DNA of 64,000 nucleotides from Steroidobacteraceae bacterium (GCA_035567075.1 DATMRC010000112.1:5805-69804), one strand, 5' to 3'; positions 1 to 10,061 are shown, counted from the stretch's first letter. Made by a program: numbers and translations. Notes: generated from the letters alone by a model not told the origin.

Positions 1-476
1 GCGATACGGCCGTCGGCGAGCTGCACCCGGATTGAATCCGCCCCGGCGATGACATGCTGGTTCGTGACAATGGTGCCCTTCACATCGACGATCACGCCCG
101 AACCCAAGCTGCGTTCGACACGCTGGCGGTAGCTCGGCCAGTATTCGCCGAACAATTGATTGAAGGGCGCCGTCTGGGTGCGTTCCCTCACCACCCGGGC
201 GGTGTAGATATTCACCACCGCGGGAGCTGCGCGCGCCACCGGATCGGCGAAGCTTTGCATGACGATGGGCGCGCTCGATGCCGCTGCGGCGGGTTGGCTT
301 GCGCTTGGGGAACTCGGCGTTGCGCTGGCCGCCGGCGGTGCGCTGATCGCCGGCGGTGCGCCGGCGGTGTGCGCGCCCAACAGCGTCGGATTCCACCAGA
401 CCACGAGAAACGCCACGGCCAGACCGATCACGACCGCTTTGATCAAGAAATTCACGAAGACGCGAGTGTTCTGCAA
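1..476 (-). CDS. degS: DegS/AlgW-type periplasmic serine endopeptidase, N-terminal part (3' end lies beyond the left edge)
   Basis: Reverse-strand translation from TTG at 476 (in-frame TAA just upstream) gives a TM anchor (FLIKAVVIGLAVAFLVVWW). It continues with SFADPVARAAPAVVNIYT and SLGSGVIVDVKGTIVTNQHVI, typical of the N-terminus and catalytic-His region of DegS/AlgW/HtrA proteases. The listed + ORF 54..608 is its antisense shadow. Confidence 0.7.
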   Translation of the reverse strand, partial: MQNTRVFVNFLIKAVVIGLAVAFLVVWWNPTLLGAHTAGAPPAISAPPAASATPSSPSASQPAAAASSAPIVMQSFADPVARAAPAVVNIYTARVVRERTQTAPFNQLFGEYWPSYRQRVERSLGSGVIVDVKGTIVTNQHVIAGADSIRVQLADGRI

Positions 477-604
477 GGTACCGCTCGTGCCGCCTTAAGG
501 GGCGTGCGCTTATCTGTGTATAATGCGCTCGCAATATTCTTTGGGAAACTCTACCGCCATAGGGGTTTGCGTGAAGATTTGTCAACAATGCGTGGGACGA
601 TTGC

Positions 605-1225
605 ATGAGTGACCAGGTCGACCACAGTCGGCGCCGCCTATTGACGGCAGCAACGGTCGGCACCGGCGCGATAGGCGTTGCCTTCGCCGCGGTTCCATTT
701 CTCGCTTCATGGCAGCCCAGCGCGCGCGCGAAAGCGCTTGGCGCTCCGGTCGCCGTGGACGCTTCGAAACTCGAGTCAGGACAGATGTTGAAGGTGGTGT
801 GGCGCGGCCAGGCGGTGTTCGTCGTACGGCGCGTCAAGGCAGCCGTCGATCAATTGGGCGGACACGATGCAATGCTGGCGGATCCCAAATCCGATGATTC
901 GCTGCAACCGGACTACATCAAGGCCAGCGGTGCCGCGCGCGCCCGCAACCCCGAATACTGGGTGGGTCTCGCGGTCTGCACCCACCTGGGGTGTTCCCCT
1001 TTAGGCGCGTTCGAGCCGAATAATTCCTTCCAGGTCGCCGGCGCCGACCTGGGTGCCAACTGGCCGGGCGGCTTTTATTGTCCCTGCCACGGCTCGAAGT
1101 ACGATTTGTCGGGCCGCGTGTTCAAGGGCCAGCCGGCGCCCACGAACTTGACGGTTCCCCCCTATACGATCTCGGCCAGCATGCGCATCGACATCGGTGT
1201 AAGCGATGCTCCGAAACCCGCTTGA
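605..1225 (+). CDS. petA: Ubiquinol-cytochrome c reductase Rieske iron-sulfur subunit
   Basis: Tat-like N-terminus (SRRRLL). Rieske boxes CTHLGC and CPCHGS. First gene of a petABC arrangement. Confidence 0.95.
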   Translation: MSDQVDHSRRRLLTAATVGTGAIGVAFAAVPFLASWQPSARAKALGAPVAVDASKLESGQMLKVVWRGQAVFVVRRVKAAVDQLGGHDAMLADPKSDDSLQPDYIKASGAARARNPEYWVGLAVCTHLGCSPLGAFEPNNSFQVAGADLGANWPGGFYCPCHGSKYDLSGRVFKGQPAPTNLTVPPYTISASMRIDIGVSDAPKPA

Positions 1226-1244
1226 GCCAGGTAAGAGGTAAGCA

Positions 1245-2504
1245 ATGGCCCTAGCTCCCGAGTCCGCCGATACTGCCAAAGGATTGCTTGGCTGGATCGA
1301 CGCGCGCTTTCCGCTGACGAAATTGTGGAAAGAACAAGTCTCCGAATATTACGCGCCGAAGAATTTCAACTTCTGGTACTACTTCGGCGTTCTCTCATTG
1401 GTGGTTCTCGTTATTCAGCTGGTGACGGGAATATTTTTGACGATGAATTACAAGCCGTCCTCCGCCGAGGCGTTCTCATCGATCGAATACATCATGCGCG
1501 ATGTGGAGTGGGGCTGGCTGATCCGCTACATGCATTCCACCGGTGCATCCGCGTTTTTCATCGTCATTTATCTGCACATGTTTCGCGCGCTGCTGTACGG
1601 TTCGCATCGCAAGCCGCGCGAACTGCTGTGGATTTTCGGCTGCTTGATCTTTCTGCTGCTGATGGCCGAAGCGTTCATGGGCTATGTTCTGCCCTGGGGC
1701 AACATGAGCTATTGGGGCGCGCAGGTCATCGTGTCCATCTTCAGCAGCGTGCCCATCGTCGGCCAGAGCCTGGTCGAGTGGATCCGCGGCGATTACTACA
1801 TCGCCGATGCCACCTTGAACCGCTTCTTCGCCCTGCACGTGGCGGCTTTGCCGTTGGCGCTGGTCTTCCTCGTGATTGCGCACCTCATGGCTCTGCATGA
1901 AGTCGGGTCCAACAATCCGGACGGCATCGAAATCAAGAAGCACAAGGACGCGAAAGGTCATCCCCTCGACGGTATCCCTTTCCATCCCTACTACACGGTG
2001 AAGGATACAGTCGGCGTCGCGGCATTCCTGCTGGTGTTCTGCGCGGTGATTTTCTTTGCGCCGACCTTCGGCGGCTTGTTCCTGGAGGAGCCCAATTTCC
2101 AACCCGCCGATCCGCTGCAGACCCCGCCGCATATTGCGCCGGTGTGGTACTTCACGCCGTACTACGCCATGTTGCGCGCCGTACCGTCCTTCGCCGGAAC
2201 GCAGATCTGGGGGGTGCTGGTGCTGGGCGCAGCGGTGGTCGTGCTTTTCTTCCTACCGTGGCTGGATCGCTCGCCGGTGAACTCGATCCGCTACCGGGGA
2301 CCGATTTACAAGGTGATGCTGGCCATCTTCGTCGTTTCGTTCATCACCCTGGGTGTGTGCGGCTTGAAACCGCCGTCGGGGATCTACCCGATGCTGGCGC
2401 GGGTATGTACGGTTCTATATTTCGCCTTCTTCTTGCTGATGCCCTGGTACACGAAGTACGAAAGCGTGAAGCCGGTGCCGGAAAGGGTCACGGGACATGC
2501 TTAA
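1245..2504 (+). CDS. petB: Cytochrome b
   Basis: 419-aa polytopic protein with cytochrome b signatures (GWLIRYMHSTGAS, PWGNMSYWGAQV, PHIAPVWYF). Starts 19 nt after petA. Confidence 0.95.
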   Translation: MALAPESADTAKGLLGWIDARFPLTKLWKEQVSEYYAPKNFNFWYYFGVLSLVVLVIQLVTGIFLTMNYKPSSAEAFSSIEYIMRDVEWGWLIRYMHSTGASAFFIVIYLHMFRALLYGSHRKPRELLWIFGCLIFLLLMAEAFMGYVLPWGNMSYWGAQVIVSIFSSVPIVGQSLVEWIRGDYYIADATLNRFFALHVAALPLALVFLVIAHLMALHEVGSNNPDGIEIKKHKDAKGHPLDGIPFHPYYTVKDTVGVAAFLLVFCAVIFFAPTFGGLFLEEPNFQPADPLQTPPHIAPVWYFTPYYAMLRAVPSFAGTQIWGVLVLGAAVVVLFFLPWLDRSPVNSIRYRGPIYKVMLAIFVVSFITLGVCGLKPPSGIYPMLARVCTVLYFAFFLLMPWYTKYESVKPVPERVTGHA

Positions 2505-3234
2505 AGCATCGCTTCTGATCACGATCGGGATTTTCTGCGCCGGCACCGCCTGGTGTGAAGAGGGCGAAGTCGCCCTGCTGCAATCCGGGACCGACATCAA
2601 GAACATCGAGTCCCTGCAGCGCGGCGCGCGCAATTTCATGAACTACTGTTCCGGCTGCCACTCGCTCAAGTACCTGCGCTACAACCGGCTGGCCGCGGAC
2701 TTGCAGATTCCCGAGTCCGAATTGCCCAATTTGATGTTCACCTCGTCGAAGTCGTTCGACCACATCGAGTCAGCCATGCCGCCCGATTCCGAAGGTTGGT
2801 TCGGCAGGCCGCCGCCGGATCTGTCGTTGATTGCACGAGCCCGCGGCGGCGACTACATATATTCGTTCTTGAAGGGCTTTTACTCCGACAAATCGCGCAT
2901 TTGGGGCGTCAACAATCTGTATCTCCCCAACGCTGCGATGCCGCATATCCTCTACCCGTTGCAGGGCTCGCAGAAGCCGGTGTTTAAGAACATTCCCGAT
3001 GGCGGCGGCAGCGCGAGAATGGTGCTGACGGGTGTGGAACCAATGACTCCAGGTGCAATGAAGCCGGAGGAGTATGATCAATTCGTTCGGGACATCACCA
3101 ACTTTCTGGAATACGCCGCCGAACCCATCAAGGCGAAACGCCAGTCGCTGGGCGTTTTTGTCATGTTATTTCTGCTGGTATTTTTTGTGCTCGCGTACTT
3201 GATGAAGAAAGAATACTGGAAGGACGTCCACTGA
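2497..3234 (+). CDS. petC: Cytochrome c1
   Basis: Signal peptide, CSGCH haem-c motif and a C-terminal TM anchor. Overlaps the petB end by 8 nt. Confidence 0.93.
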   Translation: MLKASLLITIGIFCAGTAWCEEGEVALLQSGTDIKNIESLQRGARNFMNYCSGCHSLKYLRYNRLAADLQIPESELPNLMFTSSKSFDHIESAMPPDSEGWFGRPPPDLSLIARARGGDYIYSFLKGFYSDKSRIWGVNNLYLPNAAMPHILYPLQGSQKPVFKNIPDGGGSARMVLTGVEPMTPGAMKPEEYDQFVRDITNFLEYAAEPIKAKRQSLGVFVMLFLLVFFVLAYLMKKEYWKDVH

Positions 3235-3281
3235 CGCCGCGGGACCGCCCCCGTTAGCCCTATTGCTTGGAGACCGCGTTA

Positions 3282-3899
3282 GTGGCACGTCGCTCGGTGA
3301 TGACCCTCTTCTCAGCACCGGCCGATCCGTGGAGTCATCGGACGCGCTTGGTCCTTGCGGAAAAGGGAATCTCGATCGAACTGGTCAATGTCGACCTGAA
3401 CGATTTGCCCGAAGATTTGCTCGATCTGAACCCCTATCACAGCGTGCCGACACTGGTGGACAGGGATCTGGTGCTGTACGACTCGCGGGTCATCATCGAG
3501 TACCTGGACGAACGCTTCCCGCATCCGCCGCTGATGCCGATCGATCCGGTGACACGCGCGCAGTTTCGGGTGGCGCTGTACCGGGTGGAGCGCGACTGGT
3601 ATGCCCTGGCGCACGACATCGAGCTCGATCCGCGCAGCAAGACGGCGGAACACAGCCGCAAAGTCCTGGCCGAAGCGATCTGCGCGAGCGCGGAAGTCTT
3701 CAAGGCCAAGCCGTTTTTCCTCAGCGATGAGTTTTCGCTGGTCGATGCCAGCATTGCGCCGATCCTGTGGCGTTTGCGGGCCTACGGCATCGAGCTCCCG
3801 GCGCAGGCTCAGCCCATCATGAAGTACATGCATGCCATCTTTGCGCGCTCCACTTTCCGCGCCTGCCTGACCGACGCCGAAAGGGAAATGCGCGTATGA
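3282..3899 (+). CDS. sspA: Stringent starvation protein A (GST-like)
   Basis: RRSVMTLFSAPADPWSHRTRLVLAEKGI closely parallels the enterobacterial SspA N-terminus. The ORF opens at TTG 3267. GTG 3282 is preferred because GGAG lies 9 nt upstream; the start is uncertain by 5 codons. Confidence 0.9.
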   Translation: MARRSVMTLFSAPADPWSHRTRLVLAEKGISIELVNVDLNDLPEDLLDLNPYHSVPTLVDRDLVLYDSRVIIEYLDERFPHPPLMPIDPVTRAQFRVALYRVERDWYALAHDIELDPRSKTAEHSRKVLAEAICASAEVFKAKPFFLSDEFSLVDASIAPILWRLRAYGIELPAQAQPIMKYMHAIFARSTFRACLTDAEREMRV

Positions 3900-4303
3900 A
3901 ACCGCGGCGTCCGTATCTGCTGCGTGCGCTGCACGAGTGGATCACCGACAGCGGCGAGACCCCGCACATCGTGGTGGATGCGGCTGCGGAGGGCGTGACC
4001 GTCCCGCGCCAGTACGTGAAGGACGGCAAAATCGTGCTCAACGTGAGCTTCTCGGCAACTCAAATTCTGAAGCTTGGGAATGAGGTCGTGAGCTTCGAGG
4101 CCCGATTCGGCGGCGTAGGATTCGCGGTGCAGGTTCCGGTGCGGGCCATCCTCGGGATATATGCCCGCGAGACCGGGCAGGGAATGATTTTCCCCGAGGG
4201 TGATGCCGACCCCGATCCCACCGACAGCCCGCCGGCAAGTCCCGGCACGGGAAAGTCCGGCGAGGCCCGTCCCAAGCGGCCGAAATTGCAGGTGGTCAAG
4301 TAG
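3896..4303 (+). CDS. sspB: ClpXP specificity-enhancing factor SspB
   Basis: MKPRRPYLLRALHEWITDSGETPHIVVD is a typical SspB N-terminus, followed by an acidic/Pro-rich tail. ATG 3896 overlaps the sspA stop (ATGA). The 43 codons upstream in the listed ORF are inside sspA. Confidence 0.92.
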   Translation: MKPRRPYLLRALHEWITDSGETPHIVVDAAAEGVTVPRQYVKDGKIVLNVSFSATQILKLGNEVVSFEARFGGVGFAVQVPVRAILGIYARETGQGMIFPEGDADPDPTDSPPASPGTGKSGEARPKRPKLQVVK

Positions 4304-4667
4304 CGCGAAAGGCGTCCTTGACCCAGACCAGCCGGTGCACGCCGTCCGGCGGCCCTTCAACGGCGATCACGTCGAAGCGCACCGCGCGGCCGTGCCAATC
4401 CGCCTGCCGCAGCAGAAAAAAGCGGGTGGCGCGAATGATCTTGCGCTGCTTGCGCCACGACACTGACTGCAGCGCGCCGCCAAACTGCTGACCGCAGCGC
4501 TGACGGACCTCGATGACCGCCAACACCTCCTGGTCGAGGCACACCAGATCGAGTTCGCCGGCCCGGCACCTAAGATTGCGCGCCAGCACCAGAAGACCGC
4601 GCGTCTTCAGGTAGTCGGCCGCGAGTTGCTCCGATTGGGTGCCGCGTTGCCGGCGCAGATCCGCCAT
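4296..4667 (-). CDS. yraN: YraN-family (UPF0102) endonuclease-like protein
   Basis: 123 aa with the AADYLKTRG...RCRAGELDLV...VIEVR pattern of the YraN family. Lies in the conserved neighbourhood with lpoA and rsmI. Confidence 0.85.
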   Translation of the reverse strand: MADLRRQRGTQSEQLAADYLKTRGLLVLARNLRCRAGELDLVCLDQEVLAVIEVRQRCGQQFGGALQSVSWRKQRKIIRATRFFLLRQADWHGRAVRFDVIAVEGPPDGVHRLVWVKDAFRAT

Positions 4668-4737
4668 GTTAAGGACAGCCTGCCGCGGCTAGCTAAGCGA
4701 CGCACCTCAAATATGCAGCGGGTTCATGGCGATTTCG

Positions 4738-5172
4738 CTACTGCTTGATGATTTTCCAGGTGCCGGCCGCCACGGGCGGGCTGGACGAGGGTTTCGCGCT
4801 CACCGACCACTCGCCGTCACCGCCCTTGGGGTTGAACGTTCCCTTCATATTGATCTGCGTCTGGTCATCTCCCGGAGGATCGTATGCGGCGGTAAATGTA
4901 TCGCCGGCGAAGGACGCGCTTTTCAGCTTGGCACTGTAGTCCGCGGCCCCGCCGCCGTCGCCGCTGACCGCGATGGTGCCGGTGATGAGCCCGGCGCTGC
5001 CGCGCTCCAGGATGAGTTCGAAATGCCCCGACGTATTGTCGCCTTGATACGTGCCGCTCCATTTGCCCAGGTACTGATCGCCGTCGGCGGCTGCCGCCGG
5101 GATCGTGTGCGCACCCAGCCAGAGTGTTGCCAGCAGTGCCCACACCAGGCGCGGATGATTTTGGATTTGCAT
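4738..5172 (-). CDS. Small exported protein of unknown function
   Basis: 144 aa with a signal peptide (LVWALLATLWLGAHTIPAAAA) and a Gly/Thr/Ser-rich beta-type sequence. No family recognised. Confidence 0.6.
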   Translation of the reverse strand: MQIQNHPRLVWALLATLWLGAHTIPAAAADGDQYLGKWSGTYQGDNTSGHFELILERGSAGLITGTIAVSGDGGGAADYSAKLKSASFAGDTFTAAYDPPGDDQTQINMKGTFNPKGGDGEWSVSAKPSSSPPVAAGTWKIIKQ

Positions 5173-5192
5173 GGATTTTCCCTTCGGTTTCC

Positions 5193-6935
5193 TTAAAGTG
5201 AACTATCGCGCGCCGCGTAGACCTCCACGCCGCCCAGCCAGGTCTTCAGCACATGGGTGTCGCGGATGGCGGCCGGGGCAATCGTCAGCACGTCCTGGCT
5301 CAGCAATACCATATCCGCAAGCTTGCCCGGTTCAATCGAGCCTTTTTCGTGCTCCTGAAATTCCGCGTAGGCCGATCCCACCGTGTAGGCGGCGATGGCT
5401 TCCTGAATGGAAACCTTCTGTTCGGGAAACCAGCCTTGGCTGTATTTGCCGTCCAGAGTCGCGCGCGTGGTCGCCGCGTACAGAGTCAGCAGCGGATCCA
5501 GCGGCGCGATCGGCCAATCGGTGCCAAATGCCAGCCGCACGCCATGATCGATGAACGTGCGGAATGCATAGGTTCTTGAGGCACGATCGTGGCCGATGCG
5601 TGCCTCCGCCCAACGGCCGTCGTCGATTGCCTGGTATGGCTGGACCGAGGCGATCACATGCAGTTGCGCAAAGCGCTCGAAATCGCGCGCCGCCATGTGC
5701 TGGGCATGCTCGATTCGCCAGCGACGGTCGCGAGGGCCGTTGCGCTTCTCGATCTCCTGATAAAGATCCAGAGTCGTCGAGATCGCGGCATCGCCGATGG
5801 CGTGGGTGCACACCTGCAGCTCGCTCGCATCGGCCAGCTGCAGCCGCTGGCGGGTTCGCGATAGCGGCAGCATGTCCTTGAACAGCAATCCTCGATTCTG
5901 CGGCTCGTCCGTGAAGGGTTCGAAAAAATAGGCCGTTCGCGAGCCCAGCGAGCCATCGGCGAACATCTTCAACGCGCCAATGCGCAGGCTGTCACTGCCG
6001 AACGCATGGCCGATCCCAAGCTTGGCCTGGTCGGAAACTTTTCCGATCGGCGGAGCGCCGTAAAACCGCACGCTGAGTTTCCCTTCCCTGAGCAGCTGCG
6101 AATACACCGCCAGGTCGCCGTAATCCAGCGTCATGTCCTGTACGCTGGTCACGCCGTGGGACGCGGCCTCGTGCAGCGCGTTCTCGATGATGCGGCGCCG
6201 CTGCGCCGGCGTCGGCACCGGCGTGACGTGATCCACCAATTCTATGGCAGCGTCCTTGAGCGCGCCGGTGGGTTGACCCGAAGCATCGCGCACGATCACG
6301 CCGCCGGGCGGATCCAAAGTCTTGGCGGTGATGCCGGCGAGCTTGAGCACCTGAGAATTGACGATGATCATGTGGCCGTCGTAGCGGTCGAGCGACACCG
6401 GATTGTTGGGAGTCACGGCGTCGATGTCCTGGCGGGTCGGCAATGCGGCCGGGCTCCACTTGGTCTCATCCCAGTTGCCGGAGCGGATCCACTCGCCCTG
6501 CGGCGCATGTACCGCATAGTCGGCAATCCGTTTGACGAAATCCTTGAGGCTGGTGGCATCGTTGAGCTGCACGGCGGTCAATGCCGCGCCGCCGTCGGCG
6601 AAATGGACGTGCGCATCGTTGAATCCGGGAAGCAGCCGGTGACCCATGGCATCCACCACTCGCGTCTTCGGTCCTCGCCAGAGCAGCACGCTGGAGTCGG
6701 CGCCCACGGCGGTGATGCGGCCGTCGAGAACGGCGACCGCTTCGGCTTGCGGCTGCGCAGGGTTCAGCGTCCAAACGAGCGCATCGCGAATGATGAGATC
6801 CGCCGCAGGGTGCGCATCGCCGGGAGCCGACGCAGTCTCGGTCTTGGCCGCAGCCGCCGCGGCCACCGCGACGCCAGCCAGCGCCACTGCGACGGCGGCC
6901 GCGAAACGCAACGCGGACCTTCGGCTACAGGTCAT
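5193..6935 (-). CDS. Exported metal-dependent amidohydrolase (amidohydrolase_3-like)
   Basis: 580 aa. Tat-like signal (SRRSALRF). FNDAHVHF metal-binding motif near the N-terminus, and HAIGD / FGTDWP motifs typical of the amidohydrolase superfamily. The start overlaps the lpoA stop by 11 nt. Confidence 0.85.
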   Translation of the reverse strand: MTCSRRSALRFAAAVAVALAGVAVAAAAAAKTETASAPGDAHPAADLIIRDALVWTLNPAQPQAEAVAVLDGRITAVGADSSVLLWRGPKTRVVDAMGHRLLPGFNDAHVHFADGGAALTAVQLNDATSLKDFVKRIADYAVHAPQGEWIRSGNWDETKWSPAALPTRQDIDAVTPNNPVSLDRYDGHMIIVNSQVLKLAGITAKTLDPPGGVIVRDASGQPTGALKDAAIELVDHVTPVPTPAQRRRIIENALHEAASHGVTSVQDMTLDYGDLAVYSQLLREGKLSVRFYGAPPIGKVSDQAKLGIGHAFGSDSLRIGALKMFADGSLGSRTAYFFEPFTDEPQNRGLLFKDMLPLSRTRQRLQLADASELQVCTHAIGDAAISTTLDLYQEIEKRNGPRDRRWRIEHAQHMAARDFERFAQLHVIASVQPYQAIDDGRWAEARIGHDRASRTYAFRTFIDHGVRLAFGTDWPIAPLDPLLTLYAATTRATLDGKYSQGWFPEQKVSIQEAIAAYTVGSAYAEFQEHEKGSIEPGKLADMVLLSQDVLTIAPAAIRDTHVLKTWLGGVEVYAARDSSL

Positions 6936-8724
6936 AAGGCACTCCCGCTTTGATCTGCGCCCAGGTGAGTTCGCGGCGTATCCTATTGTGATCGTCGATG
7001 TGCAGCTTCCCGGTCAGTCCCGAAATCTCGCCGGCATCGCTCGGACTCTTCGAGCGCAGAATGGGCACCAGGCGATAGGAGTCGAAGCCAAACGCGTACA
7101 AGCGATTGCGGTCCCCGCGAGAGGTCCGTGAGGGCCAGGCCGCGCGCACGCTGTCGCGAATCTGCGCGGTTACCGGGTCACTGGAGATCATCCAGGGCAT
7201 GTCGGGGAAGAACATGCCGTCGATTTCCGCATTCGCAGCCGGGTCCGGGTCGAAGCTGCCCGACGTGGAGTACACCGGCACATCCCCGGCGTAGTAGAAA
7301 TTCAACTGCGGCATGATGAGGCGGGCGGCGCCCGCGGTTCCGACCACGAATACGAAGGTTGCGTCGGTACGATGCGTGGAGGGCTCGCCCTTGACTGTCT
7401 TGACCTGCAGTACCTGCTTGATGATGTCGGAGAAATCGGGTTGCGATGGATCGTATTTTTGGCTGTCGAGCAGCGTGCCGCCGAGCGTCTTCAGTTCCTC
7501 GGCGAATGCCGCGCCGACGCGGTTGCCCAGTTCACCCGCGGGTACGATTGCGACCCCGGCAAGCCGGCCGTCCGCGACGACGCGCCGTGCAACGATGCGG
7601 GCCTCGTCTTCGGGCAGCAACGCAAACTGATAAAAGTTTCTGGCGGGATTTGCCGATTCGGCGAGAAAATTCAGCGCCAGCACCGGAGTGCGACCCTCGC
7701 TCAACGGCGCGACCGCGGCAACGTCTTCCTTGGTCAACGGGCCCACGATGAAGCCGGCGCCGTCTGCAACGGCGCGGCTGTAAGCGGTGCCCGCGGATTC
7801 GGCCGCGACGTCGTAGATTTTCAATTTAGGCCGGCGCGCCGCATCCTGCTCGAGATAGGCGGCGATGAAGCCGTCGCGCACCGCGACGCCGAATGCCTCG
7901 CCTCGGCCTGACAGCGGCAGCAGCAGCGCAATCTGGTTGGGGTACTCGGTGGCGATGGCAATCTGCTGCGGAGCCGTGCCGAGCACGCTGTCGTTCGCCG
8001 GATGATTTGGATACTGCCGCTTCCAACTGTCGAGCGCCGCAGCTGCGCGAGCGGGATTGCGTTCGAGCTCGACGGCGACCGGCCCGAGCTCCAGCCAGCC
8101 AAGCACGATGGGTTCGGTTTTCGCAGGGGGTTTTAGCGGGGCGCCTTTTTCGGCGGCGGTGCGGACCCTGATGTAGAGTTCATCGCGATTCGCGCGAATC
8201 GCGGCAGGGTCGGCGAGATAGCGTTCGCGTTCGACCAGAGCGCGCGTGCCTTCGACCGGATGTCCGGTGAGAAACGCGCTGCGGCCGCGTATCCAATAGT
8301 AGTTCTGCGCCTGGTTGGGTGCCGTCGGCACCGGAATTTGATCCAATTCGCGAATCGCGCCGGCCGGATCGTCTTCCGCATAGGCAATTTCGGCTGCCAC
8401 CAAAGCGCGCTGAGTCGGCATTCTGGTGCGCGCCTCGGACGACACTTGCGCGAAGGCTTGTTTGGCCGCGGCCACATAGCCCGCCGCCACCCATTGTTCC
8501 GCGCTCAGCAGTTCATAGTTGTCGGCGTCGGCGGGCAATTGCGTGGCAAGGGTGGCATAGGCGCGCGCTGCCTCCGCGTGCTTGCCGTCGCGCACCAGGC
8601 GTGCCGCTTGCTCTTGTTTTTCGCTCGGGCCCACCACCGGGCTGACCAGGCTGCACGCCGCCGCGATCACCGATGCCGCCAATGCCGCGTACAACGCCCG
8701 TGGACGTCTTGAGATCGCTGCCAT
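6925..8724 (-). CDS. lpoA: Penicillin-binding protein activator LpoA
   Basis: Lipoprotein signal with lipobox (VIAAAC), an N-terminal TPR-like region and a C-terminal periplasmic-binding-protein-like domain. Divergent from rsmI, as in other Gammaproteobacteria. Confidence 0.88.
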   Translation of the reverse strand: MAAISRRPRALYAALAASVIAAACSLVSPVVGPSEKQEQAARLVRDGKHAEAARAYATLATQLPADADNYELLSAEQWVAAGYVAAAKQAFAQVSSEARTRMPTQRALVAAEIAYAEDDPAGAIRELDQIPVPTAPNQAQNYYWIRGRSAFLTGHPVEGTRALVERERYLADPAAIRANRDELYIRVRTAAEKGAPLKPPAKTEPIVLGWLELGPVAVELERNPARAAAALDSWKRQYPNHPANDSVLGTAPQQIAIATEYPNQIALLLPLSGRGEAFGVAVRDGFIAAYLEQDAARRPKLKIYDVAAESAGTAYSRAVADGAGFIVGPLTKEDVAAVAPLSEGRTPVLALNFLAESANPARNFYQFALLPEDEARIVARRVVADGRLAGVAIVPAGELGNRVGAAFAEELKTLGGTLLDSQKYDPSQPDFSDIIKQVLQVKTVKGEPSTHRTDATFVFVVGTAGAARLIMPQLNFYYAGDVPVYSTSGSFDPDPAANAEIDGMFFPDMPWMISSDPVTAQIRDSVRAAWPSRTSRGDRNRLYAFGFDSYRLVPILRSKSPSDAGEISGLTGKLHIDDHNRIRRELTWAQIKAGVPYDL

Positions 8725-8766
8725 ACCCTTGGGCTCCTAGCTCTTCGAAACAGCCGAGAATTATAA

Positions 8767-9663
8767 GTGACAATTCAACCGATCGGCCCGCCGGCGGCAG
8801 GGCGGCTCTACGTCATCGCCACGCCGATCGGCAATTTGGGCGATCTGAGCGCGCGGGCGCGCGATACCCTGCAAAATTGCGCCCTGATTGCGGCGGAGGA
8901 TACGCGACACACGGGAATGCTGTTGAAGCATTTCGGCATTCAAACCCCGCAGATCTCGCTGCATGATCACAACGAAGCCTCGCGAGCAGTTGAAATAATT
9001 GCACGCCTTCGCGACGGCCACTCCATTGCGCTGGTGAGCGATGCCGGCACTCCGGCCATCAGCGATCCTGGATTTGAACTGGTGCGCGCAGTCGCGGCCG
9101 CGGGCCTGGAGATTGCCGCAATTCCCGGCCCGTGCGCGGCCATCGCCGCGCTGTCGATCAGCGGGCTGCCCACCGACCGATTTTGTTTCGAGGGATTTTT
9201 GCCGGCGCGCGGCAGCGCGCGGCGCGAGCGGCTGAAATTGCTGGGACAGGAGCCGCGCACGCTGGTGCTGTATGAAGCCCCGCATCGCGTGCAGGAAACG
9301 CTCGAGGACTGCGTCAACGCTTTCGGCGCAGCGCGGCCGGGCGCGGTCGCGCGCGAAATAACCAAGCTGCATGAAACGACCTATCGCGGCTCGTTGGGCG
9401 AACTATCGAGCCTTGCAAGATCGGATGCCGATTTCGTCCGGGGTGAAATCGTGTTGTTGATTGCGGGCGCGACGCTGTCCGCAGCCCCTGCGGATGCCGG
9501 CGCGGATGGACATGGCGGCGCGCTGGACAAGGCCCTGGCCGCCCTGCTCAAGGAGCTGCCGCTCAAGCAGGCGGCGCGTCTGGCTGCGCAAATCACCGGA
9601 GCTCGCGACAACGAGGCCTACAAGCGCGCTTTGCTGCTCAAAGAGCAACTGGCCTCGCATTAG
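8767..9663 (+). CDS. rsmI: 16S rRNA (cytidine1402-2'-O)-methyltransferase
   Basis: LYVIATPIGNLGDLS...IAAEDTRHTG...ISDPG tetrapyrrole-methylase-fold signature of RsmI. GTG start. Confidence 0.93.
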   Translation: MTIQPIGPPAAGRLYVIATPIGNLGDLSARARDTLQNCALIAAEDTRHTGMLLKHFGIQTPQISLHDHNEASRAVEIIARLRDGHSIALVSDAGTPAISDPGFELVRAVAAAGLEIAAIPGPCAAIAALSISGLPTDRFCFEGFLPARGSARRERLKLLGQEPRTLVLYEAPHRVQETLEDCVNAFGAARPGAVAREITKLHETTYRGSLGELSSLARSDADFVRGEIVLLIAGATLSAAPADAGADGHGGALDKALAALLKELPLKQAARLAAQITGARDNEAYKRALLLKEQLASH

Positions 9664-9691
9664 GGCCCATACTCAGCGTATGGTGCGGGTC

Positions 9692-10061
9692 GGAGTCGGC
9701 CAGACAGTCGCTGTGTGCCTTCAAGCACATGGAGGAAAGTCCGGGCTCCACAGGGCACGGTGCCAGGTAACGCCTGGGAGGCGCGAGCCTACGGAAAGTG
9801 CAACAGAAAGATACCGCCTAAGCGCCGCGTAAGCGGCGCCGGTAAGGGTGAAATGGTGCGGTAAGAGCGCACCGCGCGGATGGCAACATCAGCGGCACGG
9901 CAAACCCCACCTGGAGCAAGACCAAATAGGGAAGCGAGCGGCTCAAAAGGCCGCTACATGTGGCCCACATGGGCTTCCGGGTAGGTCGCTTGAGCCGCGC
10001 GGTGACGCGTGTGCCAGAGGAATGACTGTTCACGACAGAACCCGGCTTATCGGCCGACTCC
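9692..10061 (+). ncRNA. rnpB: RNase P RNA, bacterial type A
   Basis: The 5' GGAGTCGGCCAGACAGTCGC pairs with the 3' CGGCCGACTCC (P1). Universal GAGGAAAGTCCGGGCTCCA, GGTAACGCCTGGG, AAGTGCAACAGAAAG and ACAGAACCCGGCTTAT elements are all present. Followed by TTTTT. Confidence 0.95.

Noticed and set aside
54-608. 184-aa plus-strand ORF at the left edge
   Set aside because: Its composition is Arg/Ala/Gly-rich and nonsensical. The opposite strand encodes a clearly recognisable DegS/AlgW N-terminus, so this ORF is an antisense shadow.
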